Shown piece after piece: positions 25,099 through 37,891 of a DNA stretch of 64,000 nucleotides. The stretch's first letter is position 1. Each line of letters starts with the position of its first letter. The notes under the pieces were generated by a model, which was not told the DNA's origin, made no database searches, and saw only the letters and a program-made list of their open reading frames with translations. The stretch is from assembly GCA_965202585.1 (NCBI GenBank), contig OZ241830.1:77066001-77130000 (forward strand). The letters are read 5' to 3'. The position numbers were made by a program, and so were the translations under genes. Source of the DNA: Thalia democratica (taxonomy: Eukaryota).

Positions 25099-26439
25099 CT
25101 CTAAAGCTCACTACCATTGAAAACTTACATTTGGAAACAATTCAAACAAAATTTGTGTGAAACATTAAAACGTGACAAAACGTAACAGAACAAACACAAG
25201 TTGACGCCTCGTAAATTGGTAGACTTTAATCGATTATTTTATAATTGTTATACGTTTCTAAAGCTTTCTACCATCACAAACTCGTGTCGCAAAAATGTTG
25301 AAAGTAGTTTTATTAAAAAGCTCAAGTGATATGAGATAAGTAATAAAAAAAAGTCATAAACAAATACAAATAAACAAATATTAGCCTACACAACAAGACT
25401 TAATTTCACAGCTTTGTAGACTTTAATCGTGGTTTTTAAGTGTTGTTTGTTTTAATACACAACAAAACAACATTTTCAGCTTATTTTGTATCAGACTTTA
25501 TTTTGAGTTACACGGAAACTTTTTTAATTTAGAGACTTGTAATTTTTTTTACTTGTTCAGATTATATTATTCATTAGCGATTTTTTAGTTATACTTGCTA
25601 TTTATAAAATAAAAATGTTTAATGAATTGCATATATGTATTTATTCAAAAAGAAGAACTTTAATTTTTTATTAGTTATAACTTATCTTTCATTAAGATTT
25701 TGCAAATAATAAAGCCATATAAAATACAAAGGCATTAAAATTTTGTTGAATATTATAGAATAATAACTTAAAAGGTGTTCTAATTATTTTACGAGACTTT
25801 TATTATGATTAAATAAAATTAATAATACTGGTAAACCATTCTATTCAATCTAAGCATTATAATTAAAATTGAATCTAAAACATTGTATCTAATTTATATG
25901 TAAATTAAAAGTTTTAGTTTTCCTGCTTATATTAACAAAACTTTTATGCAAAACAGTTGTCTACTTAGACGGATTTTATTTGTTGACCGAAAACATAATA
26001 AATAACAAAAAGTTTTATTAAACTTCAAAGTCCTATTAAAATACAGTATAACGGTTATAAAGCACAAATATTTTAATTTTTTTACTAGCCTAAAACTATT
26101 ACTATTGCAATTAGATAAAAAATACTGAACTTTAGAACTCACGTATGTTTTACAACGTTTTTAAATAACTATTGAATTTGTGAAACTTAGTAAAATGGAG
26201 ATTCGAATAATATTTATGATGGTAGTGCTTACTTCTTTGTTGGATGCTCATCGAAGTACTGGTAAATTTCATGATCTATTAGTTAAGGAAAATTTCAAAA
26301 CTGTACTCAATAGGGCATCTGTTGAAGACATTGAAACTACAAGTACATCTATAAAAGAACTAACAAAAGAATCTATGATAAAACCTCAAAGTAGACCTTT
26401 GGTAAACTGGCCAAATAAACCTACTGTAAACCCTACAAA

Positions 26440-29400
26440 AGCATCTACTGCAGGGACCACTCAATTTACAGAAGCATCTACTGCAGAGACTATTCAATCT
26501 ACAGAAGTATCTACTGCAGAGACAACTCAATTTATAGAAACATCTACTGCAGAGACTACTCAATCAACAGAAGCATCTACCGCAGAGACGACTCAATCTA
26601 CAGAAGCATCTACTGCAGAGACAACTCAATCTACAGAAGCATCTACTGCAGAGACTACTAAATCTATAGAAGTATCTACTGCAGAGACAACTCAACCAAC
26701 AGAAGCATCTACTGTTGAAAGGACTCAATCTACAGAAGCATCTACTGCAGAGACTACTCAACCTACAGAATCATCTACTGCAAAAACTACTCAATTTACA
26801 GAAGCATCTATTGCAGAGACTACTAAATCTACAGAACCATCTATTGTAGAGACTACTCAATTTACAGAAGCATCTACTGCAGAGACAACTCAATTTACAG
26901 AAGCATCTACTGCAGAGACGACTCAATCTACAGAAGCATCTACTGCAGAGACTACTCAACCGACAGAAGCGTCCACTGAAGAAACTACTCATTCAACAGA
27001 AGCATCTACTGCAGAGACTACTCAATTTACAGAAGCATCTACTGCAGAGACTACTCAATTTACAGAAGCATCTACTGCAGAGACTACTCAACCTACAGAA
27101 GCATCTACTGCAGAAACTACTCAATTTACAGAAGCATCTACTGCAGAAACTACTCAATTTATAGAAACATCTACTGCAGGGACCACTCAATCTACAGAAG
27201 CATCTACTGCAGAGACAACTCAATTTACAGAAGCATCCACTGCAGAGACAACTCAACCTACAGAATCATCTACTGCGGAGACTACTAAATCTACAGAAGC
27301 ATCTACTGCAGAGACTACTCAATCTACAGAAGCATCCACTGCAGAGACAACTCAATTTACAGAAGCATCTACTGCAGAGACTACTCAACCTACAGAAACA
27401 TCTACTGCAGAGACTACTCAACCTACAGAAACATCTACTGCAGAGACAACTCAATTTACAGAAGCATCCACTGCAGAGACAACTCAACCTACAGAATCAT
27501 CTACTGCGGAGACTACTAAATCTACAGAAGCATCTACTGCAGAGACTATCAATCTACAGAAGCATCCACTGCAGAGACAACTCAATTTACAGAAGCATCT
27601 ACTGCAGAGACTACTCAACCTACAGAAACATCTACTGCAGAAACTACTCAATCTACAGAAGCATCTATTGTAGAGACAACTCAATTTACAGAAGCTTCTA
27701 CTGCAGAAACCACTCAACCTACAGAAGCTTCTACTGCAGAGACTACTCAACCTACAGAAGCATCTACTACAGAGACTACTTAGTTTACAGAAGCATCTAC
27801 TACAGAGACTACTTAGTTTACAGAAGCATCTACTGCAGAAACTACTCAATTTACAGAAGCATCTACTGCAGAGACTACTAAATCTACAGAAGCATCTACT
27901 GCAGAAACTACTCAATTTATAGAAACATCTACTGCAGGGACCACTCAATCTACAGAAGCATCTACTGCAGAGACAACTCAATTTACAGAAGCATCCACTG
28001 CAGAGACAACTCAACCTACAGAATCATCTACTGCGGAGACTACTAAATCTACAGAAGCATCTACTGCAGAGACTACTCAATCTACAGAAGCATCCACTGC
28101 AGAGACAACTCAATTTACAGAAGCATCTACTGCAGAGACTACTCAACCTACAGAAACATCTACTGCAGAGACTACTCAACCTACAGAAACATCTACTGCA
28201 GAGACAACTCAATTTACAGAAGCATCCACTGCAGAGACAACTCAACCTACAGAATCATCTACTGCGGAGACTACTAAATCTACAGAAGCATCTACTGCAG
28301 AGACTACTCAATCTACAGAAGCATCCACTGCAGAGACAACTCAATTTACAGAAGCATCTACTGCAGAGACTACTCAACCTACAGAAACATCTACTGCAGA
28401 GACTACTCAACCTACAGAAACATCTACTGCAGAGACAACTCAATTTACAGAAGCATCCACTGCAGAGACAACTCAACCTACAGAATCATCTACTGCGGAG
28501 ACTACTAAATCTACAGAAGCATCTACTGCAGAGACTACTCAATCTACAGAAGCATCCACTGCAGAGACAACTCAATTTACAGAAGCATCTACTGCAGAGA
28601 CTACTCAACCTACAGAAACATCTACTGCAGAAACTACTCAATTTACAGAAGCATCTACTGCAGAGACTACTCAGTTTACAGAAGCATCTACTACAGAGAC
28701 TACTTAGTTTACAGAAGCATCTACTGCAGAAACTACTCAATTTACAGAAGCATCTACTGTAGAGACAACTCAGTTTACAGAAGCATCTACTGCAGAGACT
28801 ACTCAATTTACAGAAGCATCTACTGCAGAAAGTACTCAATTTACAGAAGCATCTACTGCAGAGACTACTCAATTTACAGAAGCATCTACTACAGAGACTA
28901 CTTAGTTTACAGAAGCATCTACTGCAGAAACTACTCAATTTACAGAAGCATCTACTGCAGAAACCACTCAATTTACAGAAGCATCTACTGCAGAGACAAC
29001 TCAATTTACAGAAGCATCTACTGCAGAAAGTACTCAATTTACAGAAGCATCTACTGCAGAGACTACTCAATTTACAGAAGCATCTACTGCAGAGACTACT
29101 CAATTTACAGAAGCATCCACTGCAGAGACTACTCAACCAACAGAAGCATCTACTGCAGAGACTACTCAGTTTACAGAAGCATCTACTGCAGAGACTACTC
29201 AGTTTACAGAAGCATCTACTGCAGAAACCACTCAATCTACAGAAGCATCTACTGCAGGTACCACTCAACCTACAGAATCATCTACTGCAGAAACCACTCA
29301 ACCTACAGAAGCTTCTACTGCAGAGACCACTCAATCTACAGAAGCATCTACTGCAGAGACTACTCAGTTTACAGAAGCTTCTACTGCAGAGACTACTCAG

Positions 29401-30900
29401 TTTACAGAAGCATCTACTGCAGAGACTACTCAGTTTACAGAAGCATCTACTGCAGAGACTACTCAGTTTACAGAAGCATCTACTGCAGAGACTACTCAGT
29501 TTACAGAAGCATCTACTGCAGAGACTACTCAGTTTACAGAAGCATCTACTGCAGAAACTACTCAGTTTACAGAAGCATCTACTGCAGAGACTACTCAGTT
29601 TACAGAAGCATCTACTGCAGAAACTACTCAATTTACAGAAGCATCTACTGCAGAGACTACTCAGTTTACAGAAGCATCTACTGCAGAGACTACTCAGTTT
29701 ACAGAAGCATCTACTGCAGAGACTACTCAGTTTACAGAAGCATCTACTGCAGAGACTACTCAGTTTACAGAAGCATCTACTGCAGAGACTACTCAGTTTA
29801 CAGAAGCATCTACTGCAGAGACTACTCAGTTTACAGAAGCATCTACTGCAGAGACAACTCAATCTACAGAAACATCTACTGCAGAAACTACTCAGTTTAC
29901 AGAAGCATCTACTGCAGAGACTACTCAATTTACAGAAGCATCTACTGCAGAGACTACTCAGTTTACAGAAGCATCTACTGCAGAGACTACTCAGTTTACA
30001 GAAGCATCTACTGCAGAGACTACTCAATTTACAGAAGCATCTACTGCAGAGACTACTCAATTTACAGAAGCATCTACTGCAGAGACTACTCAGTTTACAG
30101 AAGCATCTACTGCAGAAACTACTCAGTTTACAGAAGCATCTACTGCAGAGACTACTCAGTTTACAGAAGCATCTACTGCAGAGACGACTCAATCTACAGA
30201 AGCATCTACTGCAGAGACGACTCAATCTATAGAAGCATCTACTGCAGAGACCACTCAATCAACAGAAGCACCTATTGTAGAGACTACTCAATCAACAGAA
30301 GCATCTACTGCAGAAACTACTCAATCTACAGAAGCACCTATTGTAGAGACTACTCAATCAACAGAAGCATCTACTGCAGAGACGACTCAATCTACAGAAT
30401 TATTTACTGTAGAAACGACTCAACCTACAGAAGCATCTACTGTAGAAACGACTCAATTTACAGAAGCATCTACTGCAGAAACTACTTAATTTACAGAAGC
30501 ATCTACTGCAGAGACTACTCAATCTACAGAAGCATCTACTGCAGAGACTACTCAATCTACAGAAGCATCTACTGCAGAGACGACTCAATCTACAGAAGCA
30601 TCTACTGCAGAGACGACTCAATCTATAGAAGCATCTACTGCAGAGACCACTCAATCAACAGAAGCACCTATTGTAGAGACTACTCAATCAACAGAAGCAT
30701 TTACTGCAGAAACTACTCAATCTACAGAAGCACCTATTGTAGAGACTACTCAATCAACAGAAGCATCTACTGCAGAGACGACTCAATCTACAGAATTATT
30801 TACTGTAGAAACGACTCAATTTACAGAAGCATCTACTGCAGAAATTACTCAATTTACAGAAACATCTACTGCAGAAACTACTAAATCTACAGAAGCACCT
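26440..30900 (+). repeat. 33-bp coding minisatellite (TTQFTEASTAE), about 135 units with higher-order structure
   Basis: Unit act act caa ttt aca gaa gca tct act gca gag; the marker gcggag recurs at 27275, 27506, 28033, 28264, 28495 (231 bp period). Confidence 0.97.
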
Positions 30901-33900
30901 ATTGTAGAGACTAGTACTAGTTCTACAGAAAAACCTACTTCTGATCCCACAACTAAACCTGTAGGAGGACCTACAAGTAAGCCTACTACTAAACAACTCA
31001 CAACAACTAAACCAACTACTACGGAGGCTCCTACTTGCTGGACAAATCCTGAATTTTGCAGTGCTACGGAGTACTGTAAGAAAATTGAGTATACCGGATA
31101 CGAATGCGTCTGTCTTCCAGGGTACTCAAAGCTGGATGCTGTAAACAGTACTTGTGCAGAAGGTAATTAAAAATTTTAAGTAGTAAATAGTTTTGATGAT
31201 TTTATTCGTAAATTGTAATTATAAAAGATATCATAAGTATGTTTATCTTTTTTTTTTTTTAAACCTATTAATTAAAGAAAAAAAAAACTGATGGTCAAGT
31301 TATACATTTCTCTTACATCATTGTGCAAATTAAAGCTTATTAAAATGAGCTATGTCACTTAAAAAAGTTTTTAAAACTTTATGTTTCTAACTTAAAAAGT
31401 TAGATAGCATAGTGCTGAAGTAAACATTTAAAATCTCTGCTAGCAATTTTTTTTTTTCTGTTTTATGTATTTACTACTATGTGAGTAATTTCTGAGTTTT
31501 GTTGTACTTATAGCAGCATATTAATTTAAAAACTAAACAGCAAGTAAATTAAAAACTTTAACACTTATTTAAATGTTTTAAAACAGTTAAGTTTAAAAGT
31601 ATGTAGTATTTATCAAACTAATCACTAGTTTATAAGCACTTTTATACAGCTTTACTTCAATTTTTTGTTATTCTGTTACTCAAATAAAGTTACTACACAA
31701 CTAAATTTTTAATAAAAAATATTTTTTGTAGTGAAACAATTTGGAGGACAATTTGTGTTCGATTCCAGTACAAATGATTATGACCTAAGAACTATTTATG
31801 ACGTAATAAAAGTTTATGAAGCAAGAATAACAAAACATGACCTGGAAATAGACGTAGAGAGTTTTGTGAGTTTCAAAAAAGATTTTAACAACTTTCACAC
31901 TAGCTTTTGTATTTTTTAGCAAAATAAATTGTTGTGTATTTAATGCTGTTTTTATTCAAACCTTACTATTGAAACTTATGTTTTCAATTTTACTACCTAT
32001 TTGTTATGAGCTAAAAATTTAAGTAGTCACGTACATATGTTTGGTTTTAGTTATGTCAACAAGTCGTTTACAGTTTTATTAAAATGTGTTTGTTTATTTC
32101 CGCTTAGTTTGAACTTAAACATAGTAAATTGTAACCCAAACTGAATAAAACAACTATATTTTATTAAATAAATAAATAAATATATATAATGGTTTTAAAC
32201 ATCTTTAACAGGAATAAAGCGTGAGTTGTTCTAATATTTTGTTTTAAGTATTATTTAATATTTAAAAATTTGTATGCTGTTTAACTATGGACTTACAAGA
32301 AAATAAAAAATATTAATACTTTTCAAACCTATTTATATGGTTATATCAATACTAATAGCAATTTTGAAGGTATACTTAAAATTTTGAATTTTAGGTATGC
32401 TCAAGTTTTTTAAACTAAGTTATAAGTTTATAACATCTAATTAAAATAAAACATGATAAAAGTACTTGAATTTAAACTTTAAATTTATAATTTAAGATTC
32501 AGATCATTTTACAATACAACTTGACTTTTTACTGTGGAGTTTGTACGAATAATAAACCTTTTGTCGCTGGCTAGTTATCAATAAAATAAAAATTTGTTAT
32601 TTCAGCTTGACGAAACATATAACGACACAACTAGCTACGACCACTCTGACGTAGTGTGTACGTCACAATCAAGTCAAATTTTGTGCGATTACGTCACCGT
32701 TTTCGAAGCTGAAGTGTTTACAAAAGATGGTTTGAGCCAAACAGATGTTGAAGAAGAAGTTATAAAAGAAATTGAAACTGCAGTAAGATACAAGTTATTG
32801 TTGGTACTTGATCAAAAAATTGATATTTTTGTAAAAAGCTAGTAGTTCTTAAACATTTAAACTGTAGTTTACACTAACTAGAACATCAAAAAAAAAAAGA
32901 TTTTCTTTAAACAGTGTAATACGAGTTGTAGCATAGGAGGAATACCGCTTAACGAAGAAAAATCTATAGAAAAAGTTGGAGGTGAAGTTTTACTTGAAAA
33001 TATTTATGTTTGAATCTTTTTGTATCAGTAAACGTTCTAAATATAAATAGAAAATTAAAACCAACTACTATATCATATTTACAATAAAATTTCAGTTATT
33101 GCTGATGCTTCAAAGCTATGTGGAGACAGCTGTGATACTTCATCAACTTACTGTGACGTCATAAGCGATGGAGACTACATTTGTGTGTGTCAGAATAAAT
33201 TCGTTCCAATAGACGGAACAAAAGCTACTTGCGCAAGTTAGTTATTAAAAAACAACTAACCCGTTAATTGATTATTTTAATAATTAAAAAAATATGTACC
33301 AGTTTACTGAATTTTTTTACCTTTACAGAGAAACGATGTACAAGTAATTATGATTGAAACGATCCGTTTGGTACTTGCAATTCTGGTGCTGATAATGGGG
33401 TAGGTGTTTGCGAGTGTATGACTCTTTTCAACGGAGAAAACTGCGAAGATCGTTAGTTTTTATAATAAAAAGATAACTTTATTAAAATTTCAAAGAAAAA
33501 AACTTACACTTTATAAAACTATAAATTTATATTCTAATAAGCTTGAAAACTAAAATAAAGTTTTATCACAAGGAAAGGTGGACGAACTTTAAAGCTGTCT
33601 ATAATAAATGAGACCTTAAAGAAATGTCTTTTACTAACAATTTTTCATAAACATTCTAACTATATTATCATACAGCATTGTTATCAAGCATAATTATGTT
33701 AATATTAATTGAAGCCTGTACAAAAAAGACACAAAATTTTGTAGCAGTATTTGTTTAACATTTTAACAACTTAATCTCTATCAATAAAACTTTTTTTTTT
33801 CAAATATATTTTTTAATTTCAGCCTGGTTGTTCGTACTCGTAATAGTGGCCGGTCTCGCCGTTTTGATTGGACTCGTGGTTGCTTTGTGGAAGTTTTGTT

Positions 33901-34860
33901 GCAACAAAAACAAGAAAAATAAATACAATCAAGATCCAGAAGACATTTCGCTCGACAATTTGTCCGGGGTTTGTTTGAATTTTAAGGAACTTTACTAAAA
34001 AAAAAACTTGATTTAGAATAAGCTTTTTATATAAATAAGTCCTTTAGTTTTTTTTTCTCATGCTCAACTCCTTTAAGTTGTTTAAACTCTTTAAAGCTCA
34101 AAAAAATGTGTTTTTTGTAGTGATAATAATATAAAACAACACATCAAAATTCAAAGAATAACGAAATTAAAACATTTTACATTGTTTACTTATCAAACCT
34201 TTGTTTGAATTTCACAACAAATAAAACGTATTAGGAAGCAAAAATGTATTCAAAAAATCTGTTTTAAGTAAATAAAGCATAAAAAGATGAGTAAACACTT
34301 TTGATTGTGTATTTGCTTTTAATTTTTTTAGAAAATGTTTTCTAAAGTTTTGACAATTATTAATATATTTATTTTAAGTTGTTTTTAATTTACTGAAATA
34401 TTTTCAAATTACAAATAAGTACACTTATTGTTAATTAAAAAAGACCCTAGAGCTAATTTATTTTTAGTCCTATATACTAACAACTAATCATACTTAGTTA
34501 TAATATTTTCCAGTGATCTAAAATATGAAGAAAAGACCATTTTATAAAAAGTTTGTTAAAATTTGACTAAGTTGAAATATTAAAAACTTGACAAGACTAA
34601 ACAGTATTAAATTATATTAATTATTCATTTATTCTTTAACTTAAAAAAATCTGAATAACTGCAGATTAAAAGCAACATAACTTTTTTGCAAAAATCAGAA
34701 AACTTTTACAGGAATCTTCTCTAAACAATTACAAGTACACCAGCCCAAGAAGCTTGAACGACATCCCTGACACGGGACTTCGCGCTCAACTGCCCCCTCT
34801 AGTGGTGAACCAACAACAAAACGGCGGTTATGTTAGTTTTTAAGTTAACTTTTTTTTTTT

Positions 34861-34950
34861 GTAATAATGTCTGTGAGTGTAACAAAATTTAAATGTTTTT
34901 ATTGGGTAATTTGCAACTTAAAATTTTGTTACACTCGCAGACATTATTAC
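34861..34950. repeat. 90-bp intronic hairpin / micro-MITE
   Basis: gtaataatgtctgtgagtgtaacaaaattt ... aaattttgttacactcgcagacattattac. Confidence 0.75.
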
Positions 34951-36991
34951 AAAAACACAAAAAAAAAATTCATTTAAAGGGTGTAGTCGGTCTTTCGACA
35001 CATTAAATACAAAGACAAAAATGGGATTAATTCAATTTGCGTAAGTATATATAGATCAAAAGTATAAAGTGTTGCATTAATTTCGTTTTTTTTTTTCAGA
35101 GAAACCAAGCATACAACCGAGCTTATGACAGTTATTACAGATGATCGACCTGATATTTTCGAAACCTTTTTAAATTCAGTGTTCCATTGCATTCAATAAT
35201 AAATTTTATTGTTTTTATATAATAATGAGTCTTAAAATAATAAAATAAATCAGCTTTCAAAGCTTTTTAAGTTTTTTTTTTAAATTTTGTAACTACAAAA
35301 ATTTTAATTAGGTAATTAAATTAAGTTAAGAAGACTTTATTGATACAGTACACATTTATTTACAAAAAAAGATGTTATTTTAAAGATTTTGAAAGGTATT
35401 TATTGTTTGATTTAGTAAACATTAACATGCTTTAATCTTATAGATCAGTGCAATGCCAAAAACTTTAGACTAAATAAGTTTTTAATATTTTATAAAAGTA
35501 TTTGCAAACTATTTTTAATGTTTTTATATTTTTTTTACATTTGAGTGTATGTTTTAAGAACATATCGAAAACTTTGTTTTAACTTTATTTCTATGAGCTT
35601 TAATGCAAATGTTAATTTTAATTTTGTTTAAAAAGGAACTTGGTTTTGTTATAGTCGTAGTTGCATTTAATCAACGTACAAGAATTTTTTTAATAAAGAA
35701 AAATGTTGTTGAGCTTAAAATCACCATTTGTATTTGCTTTACATGTGAGACGTACGTAATACTATCGAATAAACTTCTCTCAAGTTATTTTTCTATGTTT
35801 GTTTAGTTTATCTACATAGTATTTTACCAGTGTTTGTTTAAAATAATAATATGAAAATTAACTTTGCAAAATTTTGTATGATTACAGTTCAATAACAAAA
35901 AAAAAACGATTGATAATCTTTTTAAAACAATGGCAGACCATTTTTTTTGTAACAAAACATAACAGTTTTATACAATATCACACAAACAGGGCAGAATTAC
36001 TAAAATAATTGATTTTTAGCACTAACAATAACTCGTTTAAAAACTGATATTCGTAACAATTTGAACTAGTTAGTAGTATTAGATTATAGCTGAGCAGTTT
36101 AAATTTTTCATAACAGTTACTGTCAGTACAAAAGTCTGTTTGTCAAATAAAATGTAGTCTTAACACTTAAATTTTTCCATCGTAACTTGTTAGTAGTAGT
36201 TATAAGCCACCAAAGCTAGCAAAAAAAATTAAAGTTTGTGTTGTTTAACCTGTAAAATTTTTACTTATAGTTATAAAATACTATAAAAATATTATAGACA
36301 CATAGTCTTATAACTATGAAAGTTATGAGCTAAGTAAACAGAATTTTAGGTGCTACATTTAACAAGTTCAAGGAAAATATTTAAGTAACAAAATTTTTGA
36401 TTAAAATAAATCTTGCATGACTCGATAACCGAAAGGTTTTTTCGCACACCTGGTCGTTGGACCAACTTTTTTGGCACTTTTTTTTCCGTTCAATAAACGA
36501 TATACAATGACATTAAAAAACTGTGAGTCTGTTGGTTTTATCAATAAATGCTTTCATTTTTGTCGAAAAAAAAGCTTCAACACCCCCAGAAAACGTTTAT
36601 CGTTGCAAGGGGTAGAATTTGAGACTGATGTTTTTTTACCTAAAACAACAAAGAACATCTTCTGAAAGTTCTTTTATACTTAAATAACTTTAAATAATTA
36701 CAAAATTAAAGCTATAATTAAATGTCAATTTCAATTGACTTAGATTTATATTAAACCAGCCGCAATTATAGATTTTTTCTGTAATCTTGTAAATCTGATT
36801 TTCAACTGTAACTTACTTTTACTTGAAATACTTTTGAATTCATCGATCAAAGTATACTACGTTTACAGTAAATGGATTAAATTTATCAATATAGTCACCT
36901 TTTATTGTTACATAAAACGAAACTAGTTGTACTACTATTTCCAAGAACAAAATATATTGAATAAGAAAGGTTTTGTAATATAAAAAAGTAA

Positions 36992-37891
36992 ATGTCTGTT
37001 GAAGCTGAAATTAAAGCATTAGTTGAGTCCTCCAAAATTGGGAAACAGCTGAAAGAAAAACTGATTGCCATTGGAAGCAAGAAGGACAATGAATTTAGTT
37101 GTTTTCAAGCTGAGATGCTTAAATTGAAGAAAGATTATAATGAAAAAAGTAGAATTATTGAAAATAACATTGATCAGATTCAAAAAGATGAATTCAGCAG
37201 TAAGAGAATAGACAATATAGAAAATAGAATTACAGAATTACAAAAAAGTTTCTCAGAATTTAAGTCTGATTTTTCTTCTAAATTTAACAAGTTTGAAGCT
37301 AAATTCTCCAAATATGCTGATGCTATGCAGAAAAGTGAACCAACAGAAATTATCACAAACATTAGTACCAAATTAAATTTAGTAGCAGAAAAAATAGATG
37401 CTGAAAATGAACAAAAACTGAAAGAAAAGAAGGCTTTAAATGTAATAATATTTAACATTCCAGAAAGTAAAAATCCAACTCATAATGCACTAGAAAGTTG
37501 CAAAAATGATCTAAAAATAATTCAACAAGTATTAGGAGAAAATAAAATGAAAAAAGAAGAATTTAAGTCACTTTATCGAGTTGGTAAAATTGCAGCTAAC
37601 AAAATCAGACCAATTATAGTCAAATTAAATAATTTGGCATCCAAACACAGACTGTTAAGACTGAAAGATTTGAAAATGTTTAATGGTGAAATTGAATCAA
37701 AAGTCTACATAAACCCTGACAGAACTCTCTTGGAAATTGAAGCTTTCAGAAAATTGAGAAAAGAAGTTAAAATAAAGCAAGCCATTGCTGATGAGAATAA
37801 ATTGGACATAAAATATGTTATAAGGAACAACAAGATAGTTGAACTGACAAAACAGCCCTTTCGTTACCGCTCCCAGGACATCTGGGATTAG
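36992..37891 (+). CDS. LINE ORF1 (coiled coil + RRM-like/CTD)
   Basis: 299 aa intact; coiled coil followed by LNVIIFNIPES...YRVGK...RPIIVKL...VYINPDRT, typical of this ORF1 class. Confidence 0.85.
   Translation: MSVEAEIKALVESSKIGKQLKEKLIAIGSKKDNEFSCFQAEMLKLKKDYNEKSRIIENNIDQIQKDEFSSKRIDNIENRITELQKSFSEFKSDFSSKFNKFEAKFSKYADAMQKSEPTEIITNISTKLNLVAEKIDAENEQKLKEKKALNVIIFNIPESKNPTHNALESCKNDLKIIQQVLGENKMKKEEFKSLYRVGKIAANKIRPIIVKLNNLASKHRLLRLKDLKMFNGEIESKVYINPDRTLLEIEAFRKLRKEVKIKQAIADENKLDIKYVIRNNKIVELTKQPFRYRSQDIWD

Larger units (their letters stand above)
26195..35144 (+). pseudogene. Transmembrane mucin (SP-PTS-EGF-SEA-like-EGF-EGF-TM-tail, MUC13/MUC3-like layout), disrupted in this sequence
   Basis: Phase-consistent exons 26195-31162, 31732-31865, 32606-32782, 32915-32981, 33096-33236, 33329-33451, 33823-33968 (TM WLFVLVIVAGLAVLIGLVVALW), 34712-34831, 35100-35144. 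Lesions: 1-bp deletion near 27548; TAG at 27781, 27814, 28705, 28903; TAA at 30487; TGA at 33355. SEA-like call is inferred from position only. Confidence 0.85.

Noticed and set aside
27781-30489. TAA/TAG reassigned to Gln (ciliate-type genetic code)
   Set aside because: TAA and TAG end the SRFBP1-like gene, LINE ORF1 and ORF2 and the PLE ORF at family-typical positions, and the mucin also has a frameshift and a TGA lesion.
26360-30996. Long Cys-rich minus-strand ORFs (SRCFCKLSSLC repeats) resembling metallothionein or keratin-associated proteins; the plus-strand stops are even synonymous (Leu) in this frame
   Set aside because: They are the in-register antisense of the PTS repeat. They are broken by TGA wherever the plus strand has TCA, share the same frameshift, and have no start, signal or splice context; the plus strand has a signal peptide and downstream EGF/TM exons.
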